From: Pseudomonadota bacterium
Lineage (GTDB): Bacteria > Pseudomonadota > Alphaproteobacteria > Rhizobiales > Xanthobacteraceae
Assembly (NCBI GenBank): GCA_040755535.1
Contig: JBFMAV010000012.1
Location: 15,002-79,001, forward strand
Reading direction: 5' to 3'
DNA length: 64,000 bases
Of the stretch, positions 9,617 through 19,673 are shown in pieces. Position 1 is the stretch's first letter. Each line of letters begins with the position of its first letter. Below the pieces are notes generated by a model. The model ran no database searches. It worked only from the letters and a program-made list of their open reading frames with translations, and was not told the DNA's origin. The position numbers and the translations under genes are program-made.

Positions 9617-12600
9617 ATGTTCACAAAGGTTCTGATCGCCAATCGCGGCGAGATCGCGCGCCGTGTCGCGCGCACTCTTCGCCGGCTCAATATCGCATCC
9701 GTCGCGGTCTATTCCGATGCCGACCGGTTCACGCGCCCGGTTCTGGAGGCGGACGAGGCCGTGCGCCTCGGTCCCGCGCCGGCGGCCGAGAGCTATCTCG
9801 ATATCGACGCCGTCATCGCCGCCTGCAAGGCGAGCGGCGCGCAGGCGGTGCATCCCGGCTATGGCTTCCTCTCGGAAAATGTGCGGTTCGCGCAGGCGCT
9901 GAAAGCGGCGGGGATCGTCTTCATCGGCCCGCGCCCGGAGCATCTGACCGCCTTCGGGCTCAAGCACACGGCGCGCGAGATCGCGGAAAAGAGCGGCGTG
10001 CCGCTGCTCCCAGGCACGGGTCTCCTGGACAGCGTCGAGGCGGCGCTGGAGGCGGCTCAGGCCATCACCTATCCCGTCATGCTGAAAAGCACGGCGGGGG
10101 GCGGCGGCATCGGCATGCAGCTCTGCCATTCCCCCGAGGCGCTGCGGGAAACCTTCGAGCGCGTCCAGCGCACCGCCCGCGCCTCGTTCGGGGATGCGCG
10201 GGTCTATCTGGAACGCTTCGTGGCGGATGCGCGCCATGTGGAGGTGCAGATCTTCGGCGACGGCAAGGGCCGCGTCGTGGCGCTCGGCGAGCGCGACTGT
10301 TCGCTCCAGCGGCGCAACCAGAAGGTCATCGAGGAAGCGCCCGCACCGCTTTTGGCGGACGACACGCGCGCGCGCCTTCATGCGGCGGCGGTCCGGCTCG
10401 GGGAGAGCGTGGCCTACGAATCCGCCGGCACGGTGGAATTCATCTATGACCCGGCGCGGCAGGATTTCTATTTCCTGGAGGTAAATACCCGCCTCCAGGT
10501 TGAGCATCCGGTCACCGAGGCGATCTTCGGCATCGACCTCGTGGAATGGATGATCCGCCAGGCGGCGGGGGAGGATGTGATCCCCTCCGCGCCCCTGACG
10601 CCGAAGGGCGCCGCCATCGAGGCACGCATTTATGCCGAAATCCCCCATGCCAATTTCCAGCCGAGCGCGGGCCTGCTGACGCAGGTGACATTTCCCGACA
10701 GCGCGCGGGTGGACGGCTGGGTGGAGACGGGCACCGAAGTCACCGCCTTCTACGATCCCATGCTCGCCAAGGTGATCGTCTCGGCGCCCGACCGGCCCGC
10801 CGCCATAGCCGCGCTGAAAGCCGCGCTGGACCAGTCGGCGCTGAGCGGCATCGAGACCAATCTTGCTTATCTGCGGGCCATCGCGGGCTCGCAGCTGTTC
10901 GCCTCCGGCAAGGTGGCGACGACGGCGCTCAAGGATTTCGCCTTCCAGCCCCAAAGCGTCGAGGTGCTGAGCCCCGGCGCTCAGACCAGCCTCCAGGATC
11001 TGCCCGGGCGTTTGCATCTGTGGCATGTGGGCGTGCCGCCGTCAGGCCCCATGGACGCACGCTCCTTCGCCCGCGCCAATGCGCTGGTGGGCAATGCAGA
11101 GACCGCCCCGGCCCTCGAACTCACGGTCAATGGCCCGACCTTGCGTTTCCATGCGGATGCGACCGTCGCGCTCGCGGGGGCGCATATGCCCGCGACGCTG
11201 GACGGAGCGGAAGTGCCCCATGATGCGGGCTTCCCGGTCAAGGCGGGGCAGGTGCTGGCGATCGGCACCATTTCCGGCCCCGGCCAGCGCACCTATCTCG
11301 CGGTGGGTGGCGGGTTCGATGCGCCCGTCGTGCTGGGATCGCGCGCCACCTTCGCCCTCGGCCTGTTCGGCGGCCACGCCACCGGCACGCTGAAGGCCGG
11401 CGACACGCTGCATCTCGCGCCGATTGATGCGCGTCCGCCTTTGCCCGGCATTCTTGCGGCGGCGCCCGCGCCCCTCACCCATGACTGGGAGATCGGCGTC
11501 CTCTATGGGCCGCACGGCGCGCCGGACTTCTTCCAAGACGAAGACATTTCCGACCTCTTCACCGCCACCTACGAAGTCCATTTCAACAGCGCCCGGACCG
11601 GCGTGCGCCTCATCGGCCCCACGCCGCGCTGGGCGCGCAGTGATGGCGGGGAGGCGGGGCTCCACCCGTCCAACCTCCACGACAATCCCTATGCGGTGGG
11701 CGCCATCGATTTCACCGGCGACATGCCCATCATCCTCGGCCCGGACGGGCCTTCTCTGGGCGGCTTCGTCTGCCCGGCGGTGATCGCCCGCGACGAACAA
11801 TGGAAGATGGGCCAGTTGAAGCCCGGCGACAAAGTGCGCTTCCGCCCGCAAGTGCGGCCCGCCGATCCGGTGGCCGGGCCGGCGGTGAGGTCCGTGCCGG
11901 ACGCCGCCTCCCCCATCCTGGCACAGCGCGATGATGGGCCGGTGCCCGTGGTCTATCGCCGGCAGGGGGACGACAATCTCCTGGTTGAGTTCGGCGACAT
12001 GCGGCTCGACATCGCGCTCCGCCTGCGCGCCCATCTGCTGGCGGAGGCGGTGGGCCAGGCCAAGCTTCCGGGCCTCATCGATGTGACGCCGGGCATCCGC
12101 TCGCTCCAGCTTCATTATGACGGCACGGCGCTCGCGCGCACGCGTCTGCTGGGGCTGCTGGACGAGATCGAGCGCGCGCTCCCGGCCGCCGAGGATGTGG
12201 TGGTGCCGAGCCGCATCGTCCATCTGCCGCTCTCGTGGAACGACGAGGACGCGCAGCTGGCGATGCGCAAATATCAGGAACTGGTGCGCCCCGATGCTCC
12301 CTGGTGTCCGTCCAACATCGAGTTCATCCGTCGCATTAACGGCCTGCCGGACGACCAGGCGGTGAAGGACGTGGTGTTCGACGCCGCCTATCTGGTGCTG
12401 GGCCTGGGCGACGTCTATCTCGGCGCCCCCGTCGCGACCCCGGTGGACCCGCGCCACCGGCTCGTCACCACCAAATACAATCCCGCCCGCACCTGGACGC
12501 CCGAAAACGCGGTGGGCATCGGCGGCGCCTATATGTGCATCTATGGCATGGAGGGGCCGGGCGGCTATCAATTGTTCGGCCGCACCATCCAGGTCTGGAA

Positions 12601-13156
12601 CACCTGGCGCACCACCCGGGAATTCCGCCCCGGTACGCCCTGGCTGCTGCGCTTCTTCGATCAGGTGCGCTTCTTCCCGGTCTCGCATAGCGAATTGGCG
12701 GAGGCGCGGGCGGCCTTTCCCCATGGGGCCTATCCGGTGAAGATCGAGGAGACGCGCTTTTCCTATGCGGACTATGCGGCCGACCTCGCGCGCAGCGCGG
12801 CCGACATCTCCGCCTTCAAGACCCGCCAGCAGGCGGCCTTCGAGGCCGAACGCGCCCGCTGGAAGGCGGAGGGTCTGGACAGCTTCACCGTGGATGAGGG
12901 GGTCTTCTCCGCCGATGCGGGCGAGGTGCCGGACGGCTGCATCGCCGTCTGCGCCACCGTGCCCGGAAATGTCTGGAAGGTGGTTGCGGCGGAAGGCGCG
13001 CGGGTGGAGGCGGGGGACACGCTCGCCATCATCGAATCCATGAAGATGGAAGTACCCATCACCGCCCATGCCGCCGGCCGGGTGCGCGAACTGCGCCTCC
13101 AGCCGGGCCGCACGGTGCGCTCGGGCGATGTGGTGGCGGTGCTGGACTCCGCCTGA
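9617..13156 (+). CDS. biotin-dependent urea carboxylase family enzyme (probably guanidine carboxylase, given the riboswitch)
   Basis: Trimmed to ATG 9617 (MFTKVLIANRGEIA, a biotin carboxylase N-terminus). It has an ATP-grasp domain, a KipI/KipA-like carboxyltransferase middle and a C-terminal biotinyl motif IESMKMEV. Confidence 0.93.
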   Translation: MFTKVLIANRGEIARRVARTLRRLNIASVAVYSDADRFTRPVLEADEAVRLGPAPAAESYLDIDAVIAACKASGAQAVHPGYGFLSENVRFAQALKAAGIVFIGPRPEHLTAFGLKHTAREIAEKSGVPLLPGTGLLDSVEAALEAAQAITYPVMLKSTAGGGGIGMQLCHSPEALRETFERVQRTARASFGDARVYLERFVADARHVEVQIFGDGKGRVVALGERDCSLQRRNQKVIEEAPAPLLADDTRARLHAAAVRLGESVAYESAGTVEFIYDPARQDFYFLEVNTRLQVEHPVTEAIFGIDLVEWMIRQAAGEDVIPSAPLTPKGAAIEARIYAEIPHANFQPSAGLLTQVTFPDSARVDGWVETGTEVTAFYDPMLAKVIVSAPDRPAAIAALKAALDQSALSGIETNLAYLRAIAGSQLFASGKVATTALKDFAFQPQSVEVLSPGAQTSLQDLPGRLHLWHVGVPPSGPMDARSFARANALVGNAETAPALELTVNGPTLRFHADATVALAGAHMPATLDGAEVPHDAGFPVKAGQVLAIGTISGPGQRTYLAVGGGFDAPVVLGSRATFALGLFGGHATGTLKAGDTLHLAPIDARPPLPGILAAAPAPLTHDWEIGVLYGPHGAPDFFQDEDISDLFTATYEVHFNSARTGVRLIGPTPRWARSDGGEAGLHPSNLHDNPYAVGAIDFTGDMPIILGPDGPSLGGFVCPAVIARDEQWKMGQLKPGDKVRFRPQVRPADPVAGPAVRSVPDAASPILAQRDDGPVPVVYRRQGDDNLLVEFGDMRLDIALRLRAHLLAEAVGQAKLPGLIDVTPGIRSLQLHYDGTALARTRLLGLLDEIERALPAAEDVVVPSRIVHLPLSWNDEDAQLAMRKYQELVRPDAPWCPSNIEFIRRINGLPDDQAVKDVVFDAAYLVLGLGDVYLGAPVATPVDPRHRLVTTKYNPARTWTPENAVGIGGAYMCIYGMEGPGGYQLFGRTIQVWNTWRTTREFRPGTPWLLRFFDQVRFFPVSHSELAEARAAFPHGAYPVKIEETRFSYADYAADLARSAADISAFKTRQQAAFEAERARWKAEGLDSFTVDEGVFSADAGEVPDGCIAVCATVPGNVWKVVAAEGARVEAGDTLAIIESMKMEVPITAHAAGRVRELRLQPGRTVRSGDVVAVLDSA

Positions 13157-13187
13157 CGCGACCCTTTCGCGCAGAAAACCCACCGCG

Positions 13188-13207
13188 CGCCTCGCGAGAG
13201 CGAGGCG
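13188..13207 (+). terminator. possible operon-end hairpin
   Basis: CGCCTCGC-GAGA-GCGAGGCG is a perfect 8-bp G/C stem 32 nt after the carboxylase stop. It is followed only by TTCC, a weak U-tract. Confidence 0.3.
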
Positions 13208-13227
13208 TTCCGCCTTATGCTGGCGCC

Positions 13228-13914
13228 ATGTGCGGACGTTTCACCCAACATAGCGGCCCGGTCCGGTATCTGGAGCAGTTCGGGCGCGACTGGGCGGATG
13301 CCAGCGTCGCCAACGCGCCGGCCCGCTACAATATCGCCCCCACGCAGGACGCTCTTGTCCTGCGGCGGCATCCCGAGACCGGCCTCGCCGCCCTCTCGCT
13401 GCTCCGCTGGGGCCTCGTGCCGCGCTGGGCCAAGGATCTGTCGTTCGGGTCCCGCGCCATCAATGCGCGCGCCGAGACGGTGGCCAGTTCACCGGCCTTT
13501 CGCGGCGCCTGGGCAGGCAAGCGGCGCTGCGTGGTGCCAGTGGATGCCTTTTATGAATGGCAGCCGGGCTCCAAGCCCAAGCAGCCCTATGCCATAGCGC
13601 AGGCCGATGGCGCGCTGCTGGCCTTGGCGGGTCTTTGGGATGGCTGGCAGGATCCGGCCACAGGCGCCTGGGTGCGCAGCTTCACCATCCTCACCTGCGC
13701 CGCCAATCCCTTCATGGCGCGACTGCATGACCGCATGCCCATCATCCTTGGCGAGGCGGACGTGCGTCCCTGGCTGGAAGGGGCCGGCGGTACCGAGCGT
13801 CTGGTGCCCTATGGCGCGGACGATCTCACCGCCTGGCCGGTCTCGACCCGCCTCAACAGTCCACGCAACGAGGGCGAGGATTTGATCGCCCAAGCCTCGA
13901 TTCCGGCGATTTGA
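13228..13914 (+). CDS. SOS response-associated peptidase (SRAP/YedK/HMCES family, abasic-site processing)
   Basis: The N-terminus is MCGRF (catalytic Cys2). Also present are YNIAPTQ, WGLVPRWAKD and the FYEW blocks of DUF159. Confidence 0.9.
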   Translation: MCGRFTQHSGPVRYLEQFGRDWADASVANAPARYNIAPTQDALVLRRHPETGLAALSLLRWGLVPRWAKDLSFGSRAINARAETVASSPAFRGAWAGKRRCVVPVDAFYEWQPGSKPKQPYAIAQADGALLALAGLWDGWQDPATGAWVRSFTILTCAANPFMARLHDRMPIILGEADVRPWLEGAGGTERLVPYGADDLTAWPVSTRLNSPRNEGEDLIAQASIPAI

Positions 13915-13929
13915 GGCGCCGGATGGAGA

Positions 13930-15519
13930 TCACGCCTTGCGCGGGGCGCTGAGATCGTCGTCTTCGGTCAGCGGGCCGGGATCGTCCGGCAGCGGCGGCT
14001 GAGCGACGATGGGCGCGGGCGGATGGGCGCCATTGGTGCCGGCAACGGGTTTCGCGGGCGCTGCGGCGGGCGGCTGCGGCGCGGCCACGGGCTCGGCGGG
14101 GGAGGACGTGTCCGCCGCGACCGCTTCGGGGAGCGCCGCCGGCTCGGGCGGCGATTCGCTCAGCGGAGGCTGCGGCGCGGGGATCGCCGCGATGGCGTTG
14201 CGCACGCGTTCGGCCTCGTGCTCCAGAAGCGGCGTCGCTGTGACGCCGGGCGGCACCGCCCACACATAGGCATCGAGGCGACCCGAGACGGGAGACACCG
14301 GACCCCATTGCTCGGAAACGACACCGTCCGCGATCCAGGCCGGATCGCGCGGCGCGCGCACGGCGCGGGCAGCCCATTCGCGGGCCTTGCCCACGTCCGC
14401 ATGCTCACGCGCCTCAAGTTCGGCCATGAGCAGGCAGATGCGCTGAGTGGGCTCGTCCACCAGCGGGGAGAGAATGGCCCGCGCCTCGGCGAATTGCTCC
14501 GCGTCGATGGCGCCGTGGGCCAGCGCGATCAGGCTTTCGGGATGGCTCGGCGCCCGCGCGGCCAGCACCCGCACGCGCTTCAGCCGATCGCGCGCCGCAT
14601 CGCCGGGGCGCAGGTGCGCATAAGCTTCGGCCAGTTCGGGATGGGGCGAGGCCTCATAGGCGGTGCCGATGATCTTCGCCGCCTTCTTCAACTCGCCACC
14701 GGCACCGAGCAGGCGCCCGGCCACCGCTGCGGCGGGAACAAGCGTCGGGGCGAGCCGGATCGCTTCCAGGGCGCGCTCCTTGGCGACCGGCGGATCGGCG
14801 GTTTCGAGCGCCATGGCCTCGGCCGCCAGCAGCACGGCGCGATGGCGGCGATGGGTGGCGCGATCCACCCCGCGCCCGGCCATGCGGCGCTCCAGGACTT
14901 CGCGCGCGCCGGCATAATCGCCGTCCGCGCAGCGCGCCTCAACGACCGCATCCACGGCCCAGTCGAGCGTCGGGGCTTCGCGCGCCGCTTCCTCGGCATA
15001 GGCCCGCGCCGCCCCGGCCTCGCCGGCCCGGCGCGCTTCCATATGCAGGCCGCGCAAGGCGATCAGCCGGGTTTCCGGCGCCTCCAGCATGAGGCGGAAG
15101 GATTTCGCGGCGAGATTCCCGTCGCCGTCGAACTGTGCGGATTGCGCGGCAAGCAGATGGGTCAGGGGCTCGTGGGGCAGGAAGCGGGCTGCTTCGTCCC
15201 GCGCCGCGCGGGCGCGCGCGCCGTCGCCGGCCCCGATCGCGAGGAGGCCGCGCGAGAGCGCCTGCCAGCCCTTTTCCTGCTTGCGCCGGCGCGATAAGGC
15301 GGCGACCAGGCGCGGCGATTTCAGGATCAGCGACACCAGCTTGCCGACCACCAGCAGCACGAAGGAGAAGGCGGCAAGCGCCGCTAGCGCCACGGGAACC
15401 GTGGTCTCCAGGCGCCAGCCTTGCCAGACCACCACCATCTCGCCGGGCCGGTCGGCAATCCAGGCCGCGCCGAACGCGATGGCGGCGAGCAGGACGAGGA
15501 GCAGGACGAGACGGATCAC
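13930..15519 (-). CDS. hemY: HemY-like heme-biosynthesis-associated TPR membrane protein
   Basis: It has an N-terminal double-TM HemY_N-like segment (MIRLVLLLVLLAAIAFGAAWIADRPG...) followed by Ala-rich TPR-like repeats. It is the last gene of the hemC-hemD-X-Y array, and its start overlaps the upstream stop. Confidence 0.85.
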   Translation of the reverse strand: MIRLVLLLVLLAAIAFGAAWIADRPGEMVVVWQGWRLETTVPVALAALAAFSFVLLVVGKLVSLILKSPRLVAALSRRRKQEKGWQALSRGLLAIGAGDGARARAARDEAARFLPHEPLTHLLAAQSAQFDGDGNLAAKSFRLMLEAPETRLIALRGLHMEARRAGEAGAARAYAEEAAREAPTLDWAVDAVVEARCADGDYAGAREVLERRMAGRGVDRATHRRHRAVLLAAEAMALETADPPVAKERALEAIRLAPTLVPAAAVAGRLLGAGGELKKAAKIIGTAYEASPHPELAEAYAHLRPGDAARDRLKRVRVLAARAPSHPESLIALAHGAIDAEQFAEARAILSPLVDEPTQRICLLMAELEAREHADVGKAREWAARAVRAPRDPAWIADGVVSEQWGPVSPVSGRLDAYVWAVPPGVTATPLLEHEAERVRNAIAAIPAPQPPLSESPPEPAALPEAVAADTSSPAEPVAAPQPPAAAPAKPVAGTNGAHPPAPIVAQPPLPDDPGPLTEDDDLSAPRKA

Positions 15520-16886
15520 GGCAGCTTCCCGGATATGGCGGCGAGCGCCTGCTGAAGAAGGGTGGCGGCGGCCTGAAGCGCATCGCGGCGGGCGGTGATG
15601 TCGGCGATAAGAGGCGCCACCTTGGCCTTGGTCTCGGGCGAAAGCGTGTCCAGCGCCCCGAGCGCGCCGGCCGTGTCGCCGGCTTCAAGGGCCGTGGCGG
15701 CCGTGTCGAGGGCCTTCTGGTCGCTGGCGCGGGGCGCGCTGTCGGCAGGCTGCACCTTCACGAGGCTTTCGGCGCTCGCCAGAATCTTGGTCATGAGGGA
15801 ACCGCCTTCGCCTGTTGGCGACGCGGTGGCCTGGCCCTCGGCCGGAGCGCGCGCTGCGGCGCGCAGGCGGGCGGCCGCCTGGACGGCGGTGGGATAGCCC
15901 TTGGCCGCAGCTGCGCCATAAGGCTCAAGGGAGGCCGCCTGCGGCCCGAGGAGGCCGCGCGCGGCGGCAAGTTCAGCAGCAAAGGGCCGGCCAACGGCCA
16001 GCGCCTCGCGAAGGGCGCCGACCGTGACCACCGCGCCGAGCGCGCGGTCGAAGGCGTCCGTTGCGGTGGCGCGGTCCTGAACGGTCTTGGCAAGGGTGCC
16101 GACCTGCGCCGCAAGTCCGCTCGCCTGCTGGGCGAGGGTCGCGGATTGAGAGGCGGAGGCGGTCAAGGCGGCAAGATTCTGCTTCACCGCCGCAATCTCG
16201 GCCTGCGCCGCCGCCAGAGCGCCGTTGATCTCGCCGACCCTCTGGGCCACCGCTTCCATGTGCGCCATCTGGCTTTCAAGCTGCGCGATGGCGGGGGAGG
16301 CATCGGTGCGGGGGCGCTGTTCCAGCGCGGTGAGGCGCGCGAGCAAAGGCTGCATGTCGCCACGCGATCCGGGCTTCAGCACGCCGGTTTCCACCAGAGC
16401 ATAGGCCACGGCGCCCGCTGCCAGCGCGCCGGCAAGGGCGCCGATGGGCAGAGCGAGCCAGGGAGAGGGGCCCTCACGACGGGGACGGATCGGCGGGGGT
16501 GGCGGAGGCAGAGGCTCGGGGTCCGCCTCCCTGTCCGTCTCGACATGTGGATGCGCGTGCGCCGCATCCTTCTCGAAATGATCGTGCGGGCGACCCTCGT
16601 CGGAGGTGAGGCGCGCGACTGCGGCCTCGATCGCCGCAGGCGAGGACGCCGCGGATGTTTCCTCGGCGGCCGAGTCCAGTTCGGCGGGTTCCGCGACAGC
16701 CGGGCGGGACACGGGCGCGCCGGATTCGGTCTTGCCGCCTTTGGTCTCGGAGAGGCCGGCCTCCGGTGCGGCGGCGGGCGGGTTCTCCTGCCGGTTGGGA
16801 TCCTCGCTCGCCATGGCCTCCCTCGTGCTCCGCTTACCGTCCCTTCGGCTTAAACCGGCTGCCCCTTCGGAGCAACCTTCGGTCAA
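15516..16886 (-). CDS. mitofilin/Mic60-like (COG4223, 'HemX-position') membrane protein
   Basis: Acidic and Pro-rich N-terminus, one TM helix ([23 protein letters not shown]), a long Ala/Gln coiled-coil region and a conserved C-terminal domain. It lies between hemD and hemY. The start is either TTG 16886, overlapping the hemD stop, or ATG 16814. Confidence 0.75.
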   Translation of the reverse strand: MTEGCSEGAAGLSRRDGKRSTREAMASEDPNRQENPPAAAPEAGLSETKGGKTESGAPVSRPAVAEPAELDSAAEETSAASSPAAIEAAVARLTSDEGRPHDHFEKDAAHAHPHVETDREADPEPLPPPPPPIRPRREGPSPWLALPIGALAGALAAGAVAYALVETGVLKPGSRGDMQPLLARLTALEQRPRTDASPAIAQLESQMAHMEAVAQRVGEINGALAAAQAEIAAVKQNLAALTASASQSATLAQQASGLAAQVGTLAKTVQDRATATDAFDRALGAVVTVGALREALAVGRPFAAELAAARGLLGPQAASLEPYGAAAAKGYPTAVQAAARLRAAARAPAEGQATASPTGEGGSLMTKILASAESLVKVQPADSAPRASDQKALDTAATALEAGDTAGALGALDTLSPETKAKVAPLIADITARRDALQAAATLLQQALAAISGKLP

Positions 16887-17581
16887 AACCTGCGCTCCTC
16901 AATCAGCGCCAGAAGCGCCTCCTCCTCGGGGATCGGCGCGACGCGCGAGGCCACGTCCGCCCGCGCCAGCACCGCCGCAACCGCCGGTGACAGGCAGAAG
17001 TGTCGCAGCCGGCCGAACGGTTCCATGAGCCCGGCCTTGGCGACGCAAGCGAGCAGCGCGCCGACCGTGCGCGGCGAGAGGTGCAGCGCACCGTCCAGCC
17101 CGCCCTGGACAAGCGCGCTCCGCGTCTGGTCGGACAGCGCCTCGGCGGGACGGGCGCGATAGACCTCCCAGGTCACGATTTCGAGACCGGCCGGCGCAAC
17201 CATCGCTGCAAGGTCGGCGGCACGCTCCTCGCCCGCCGGGTGGAGAATGCGGGCGGAGCGGGGAAGATCGGCGGACAGCCGCGCCGCGAGCGCCGCGGCA
17301 TCCCCATCACAGGCCGTGACGCCGGTGAATCCGGCCGCACGCGCCGCCTGCGCCGTGCGTGCGCCCACCGCGAAGACAGGGACGTTGAGGATTTCCCCCC
17401 TGAAACAGGCCACCCCATTGGCACTGGTGAAGGCGATGGCGTCGAACGGTCCTGACGGGCGCGGCTCCTCTTTCGGCTGGATGCGCAGCATGGGATCGCA
17501 GATCACGCTGTGACCCGCGTCGCGCAACCGCCGGGCCGTCCGGGCGGCGCCGGGCTCGGGCCGGGTGAGGAGCAGGCGCAC
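16883..17581 (-). CDS. hemD: uroporphyrinogen-III synthase
   Basis: The start is GTG 17581, 4 nt after the hemC stop (VRLLLTRPEPGAARTARRLRDAGH...), giving a HEM4-like protein of 232 aa. The first 101 codons of track ORF 16883..17884 overlap hemC and are rejected. Confidence 0.85.
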   Translation of the reverse strand: MRLLLTRPEPGAARTARRLRDAGHSVICDPMLRIQPKEEPRPSGPFDAIAFTSANGVACFRGEILNVPVFAVGARTAQAARAAGFTGVTACDGDAAALAARLSADLPRSARILHPAGEERAADLAAMVAPAGLEIVTWEVYRARPAEALSDQTRSALVQGGLDGALHLSPRTVGALLACVAKAGLMEPFGRLRHFCLSPAVAAVLARADVASRVAPIPEEEALLALIEERRF

Positions 17582-17585
17582 CGCG

Positions 17586-18530
17586 CTAGAGGCCGAGCGC
17601 GCGCGCCGGCGCCGAGCCGCGCAGCCGCGCCCCGCAATGGACGCCCAGAACCGCCGCATCGGCGATGCCGGCCGTCTCGTCGATCTCCGCCGCGTCGCGT
17701 CCGTCCGGAGAGAGAAGCTGGCCGCGCAGCCGCACGCGCTCGCCCTCGACGCTTGCAAGGCCCGCGATGGGCGTGCGGCAGGAGCCGTCCAGCGCCGCCA
17801 GGAACGCCCGCTCGGCGGCGAGCGCGATGCCCGTCGCCCGGCAGGCGATGCGCGCGATCGCCTCATTGGTCGCGGGATCGGCAATGCGGCACTCGATGGC
17901 GACCGCCCCCTGCCCCACCGCCGGCAGAAAGTCGTCCACGGGGAGGATGGCGCTTGCTTCCTTCGCGAGGCCGAGCCGGGTCAGGCCGGCCAGCGCCAGC
18001 AGCGTTCCGTGAAACTCGCCGCCGCGCACCTTGGACAGGCGGGTGTGGACATTGCCGCGCAGCAGCGCCACGTCCAAGTCCGGGCGAAGCCGGCGCAGTT
18101 GCGCCTCGCGCCGCAGCGAGGCGGTGCCGACCCGCGCACCGGCGGGCAGGTCGTCAAGGCTCGCGCCCGCGCCGAGGATCAACGCGTCGCGCACATCCGC
18201 GCGCGGCAGGAAGCCGGCAAGATGCAGCCCCTCCGGCAAAGCGGTGGCCACGTCCTTCGCGGAATGCACGGCGAGGTCGATGCGCCCCTCCAGCAGGGCC
18301 TCCTCGATCTCCTTGGTGAACAGGCCCTTGCCGCCCGCTTCGGACAGCGGGCGGTCCTGGATGCGGTCGCCGGAGGTGCGAATCACCTCCACGGCGATGC
18401 TCTCCGCCGGGCGGCCGAAGGCGGCGGCCAGCGCGTCGCGCACCGCGTGGGCCTGCCACAGGGCGAGGGGGGAACCGCGCGTGCCGATGGCGAGGCGCGG
18501 AGCGAGGGAATCAGGGATGGCTTGTGTCAT
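17586..18530 (-). CDS. hemC: porphobilinogen deaminase (hydroxymethylbilane synthase)
   Basis: 314 aa. Blocks IGTRGSPLALWQA, DLAVHSAKD and a C-terminal dipyrromethane cofactor-binding region. Confidence 0.95.
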   Translation of the reverse strand: MTQAIPDSLAPRLAIGTRGSPLALWQAHAVRDALAAAFGRPAESIAVEVIRTSGDRIQDRPLSEAGGKGLFTKEIEEALLEGRIDLAVHSAKDVATALPEGLHLAGFLPRADVRDALILGAGASLDDLPAGARVGTASLRREAQLRRLRPDLDVALLRGNVHTRLSKVRGGEFHGTLLALAGLTRLGLAKEASAILPVDDFLPAVGQGAVAIECRIADPATNEAIARIACRATGIALAAERAFLAALDGSCRTPIAGLASVEGERVRLRGQLLSPDGRDAAEIDETAGIADAAVLGVHCGARLRGSAPARALGL

Positions 18531-18611
18531 GGCTGCCTTGAATGATAGCCGGGAATTGCGACGCGATGGAGCGGCGTTCGGGCGCGGGGAGCCGCGCGGG
18601 GAGATGGGGCC

Positions 18612-19673
18612 TTGGCCGATCTATTGGTGCTCGGCATCGAGACGACCTGCGACGAGACCGCCGCCTCCGTGGTCGCGCGCGCGCCATCAGGCGCGGGCCA
18701 TGTGCTCTCCAATGTGGTGCGCAGCCAGGTGGAGGATCATTCCCCCTATGGCGGCGTAGTGCCCGAGATCGCCGCGCGCGCCCATGTGGAAGTGCTGGAC
18801 CTCGTGATCGAGGAGGCCATGCGCCAGGCCGGGATCAGCTTTTCCGACCTTTCCGGCATCGCCGCCGCCGCCGGGCCGGGCTTGATCGGCGGGGTGATTG
18901 TCGGCCTCACCACGGCGAAGGCCCTGGCGCTGGCGAGCGCCAGGCCGCTGATCGCAGTAAATCACCTGGAGGCGCACGCGCTCACCGCCCGCCTCACGGA
19001 CGGCGTCGCCTTTCCCTATCTGCTGCTGTTGGTCTCGGGCGGGCACAGCCAGTTGCTGGCGGTGGAGGATGTGGGCCGCTATCGGCGCATCGGCACCACC
19101 ATCGACGATGCGGTGGGTGAAGCCTTCGACAAGGTGGCGAAAATGCTGAGCCTGCCTTATCCGGGCGGCCCGGCGGTGGAGGAACAGGCGCTGATGGGCG
19201 ACCCCGACCGCTTCGCCTTTCCGAGGCCCTTGCTGGGCCGCCGCGAACCCGATTTCTCCCTGTCCGGCCTCAAGACTGCCGTTCGTGTCGAGGCGGACAA
19301 GCTCGCCCCGCTGTCCGACGCCGATGTGGCGGACCTGTGCGCCGGCTTCCAGGCGGCGGTGGTGGATGTGATCTGCGACCGCGTGCGGGCCGGGGCACGC
19401 CAGTTCCGCGATATCGCCGGGTGCGGGCCGACCGCCCTGGTGGTGGCGGGCGGGGTGGGGGCGAACCTCGCCATCCGCACCGCGCTCCACAAGACGGCGG
19501 CGGAACTGGGCACGCGCATGGCGGTGCCCCCACCCGCGCTCTGCACCGACAATGGCGCCATGATCGCCTGGGCCGGCGCCGAGCGGCTGTCGCGCGGGCT
19601 CACCGACACGCTCACCATCAGCCCCCGCGCCCGCTGGCCGCTCGACCCCTCCTCCACGGGCGCCAAGGCATGA
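18612..19673 (+). CDS. tsaD: tRNA N6-adenosine threonylcarbamoyltransferase
   Basis: Contains [15 protein letters not shown] and the Gcp/Kae1 family core. The start is TTG 18612, with GTG 18627 as an alternative. Confidence 0.93.
   Translation: MADLLVLGIETTCDETAASVVARAPSGAGHVLSNVVRSQVEDHSPYGGVVPEIAARAHVEVLDLVIEEAMRQAGISFSDLSGIAAAAGPGLIGGVIVGLTTAKALALASARPLIAVNHLEAHALTARLTDGVAFPYLLLLVSGGHSQLLAVEDVGRYRRIGTTIDDAVGEAFDKVAKMLSLPYPGGPAVEEQALMGDPDRFAFPRPLLGRREPDFSLSGLKTAVRVEADKLAPLSDADVADLCAGFQAAVVDVICDRVRAGARQFRDIAGCGPTALVVAGGVGANLAIRTALHKTAAELGTRMAVPPPALCTDNGAMIAWAGAERLSRGLTDTLTISPRARWPLDPSSTGAKA

Noticed and set aside
9482-13183. Two long minus-strand ORFs (9482..11026 and 11042..13183) antisense to the urea/guanidine carboxylase gene
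   Set aside because: These are shadow ORFs opposite a gene with clear biotin-carboxylase, carboxyltransferase and biotinyl motifs. Their translations are low-complexity and rich in R/G/A/H.
13205-13222. GTTCcgccttaTGCT upstream of the SRAP (SOS-response-associated peptidase) gene, considered as a possible LexA box
   Set aside because: Only the first GTTC half-site is present. The second tetramer (TGCT) does not match GTTC or GATC at N7 or N8 spacing.
15135-16853. 572-aa plus-strand ORF antisense to the hemY-like and mic60-like genes
   Set aside because: Its composition is extremely Arg/Gly-rich, and it lies opposite a conserved, translationally coupled hem cluster.
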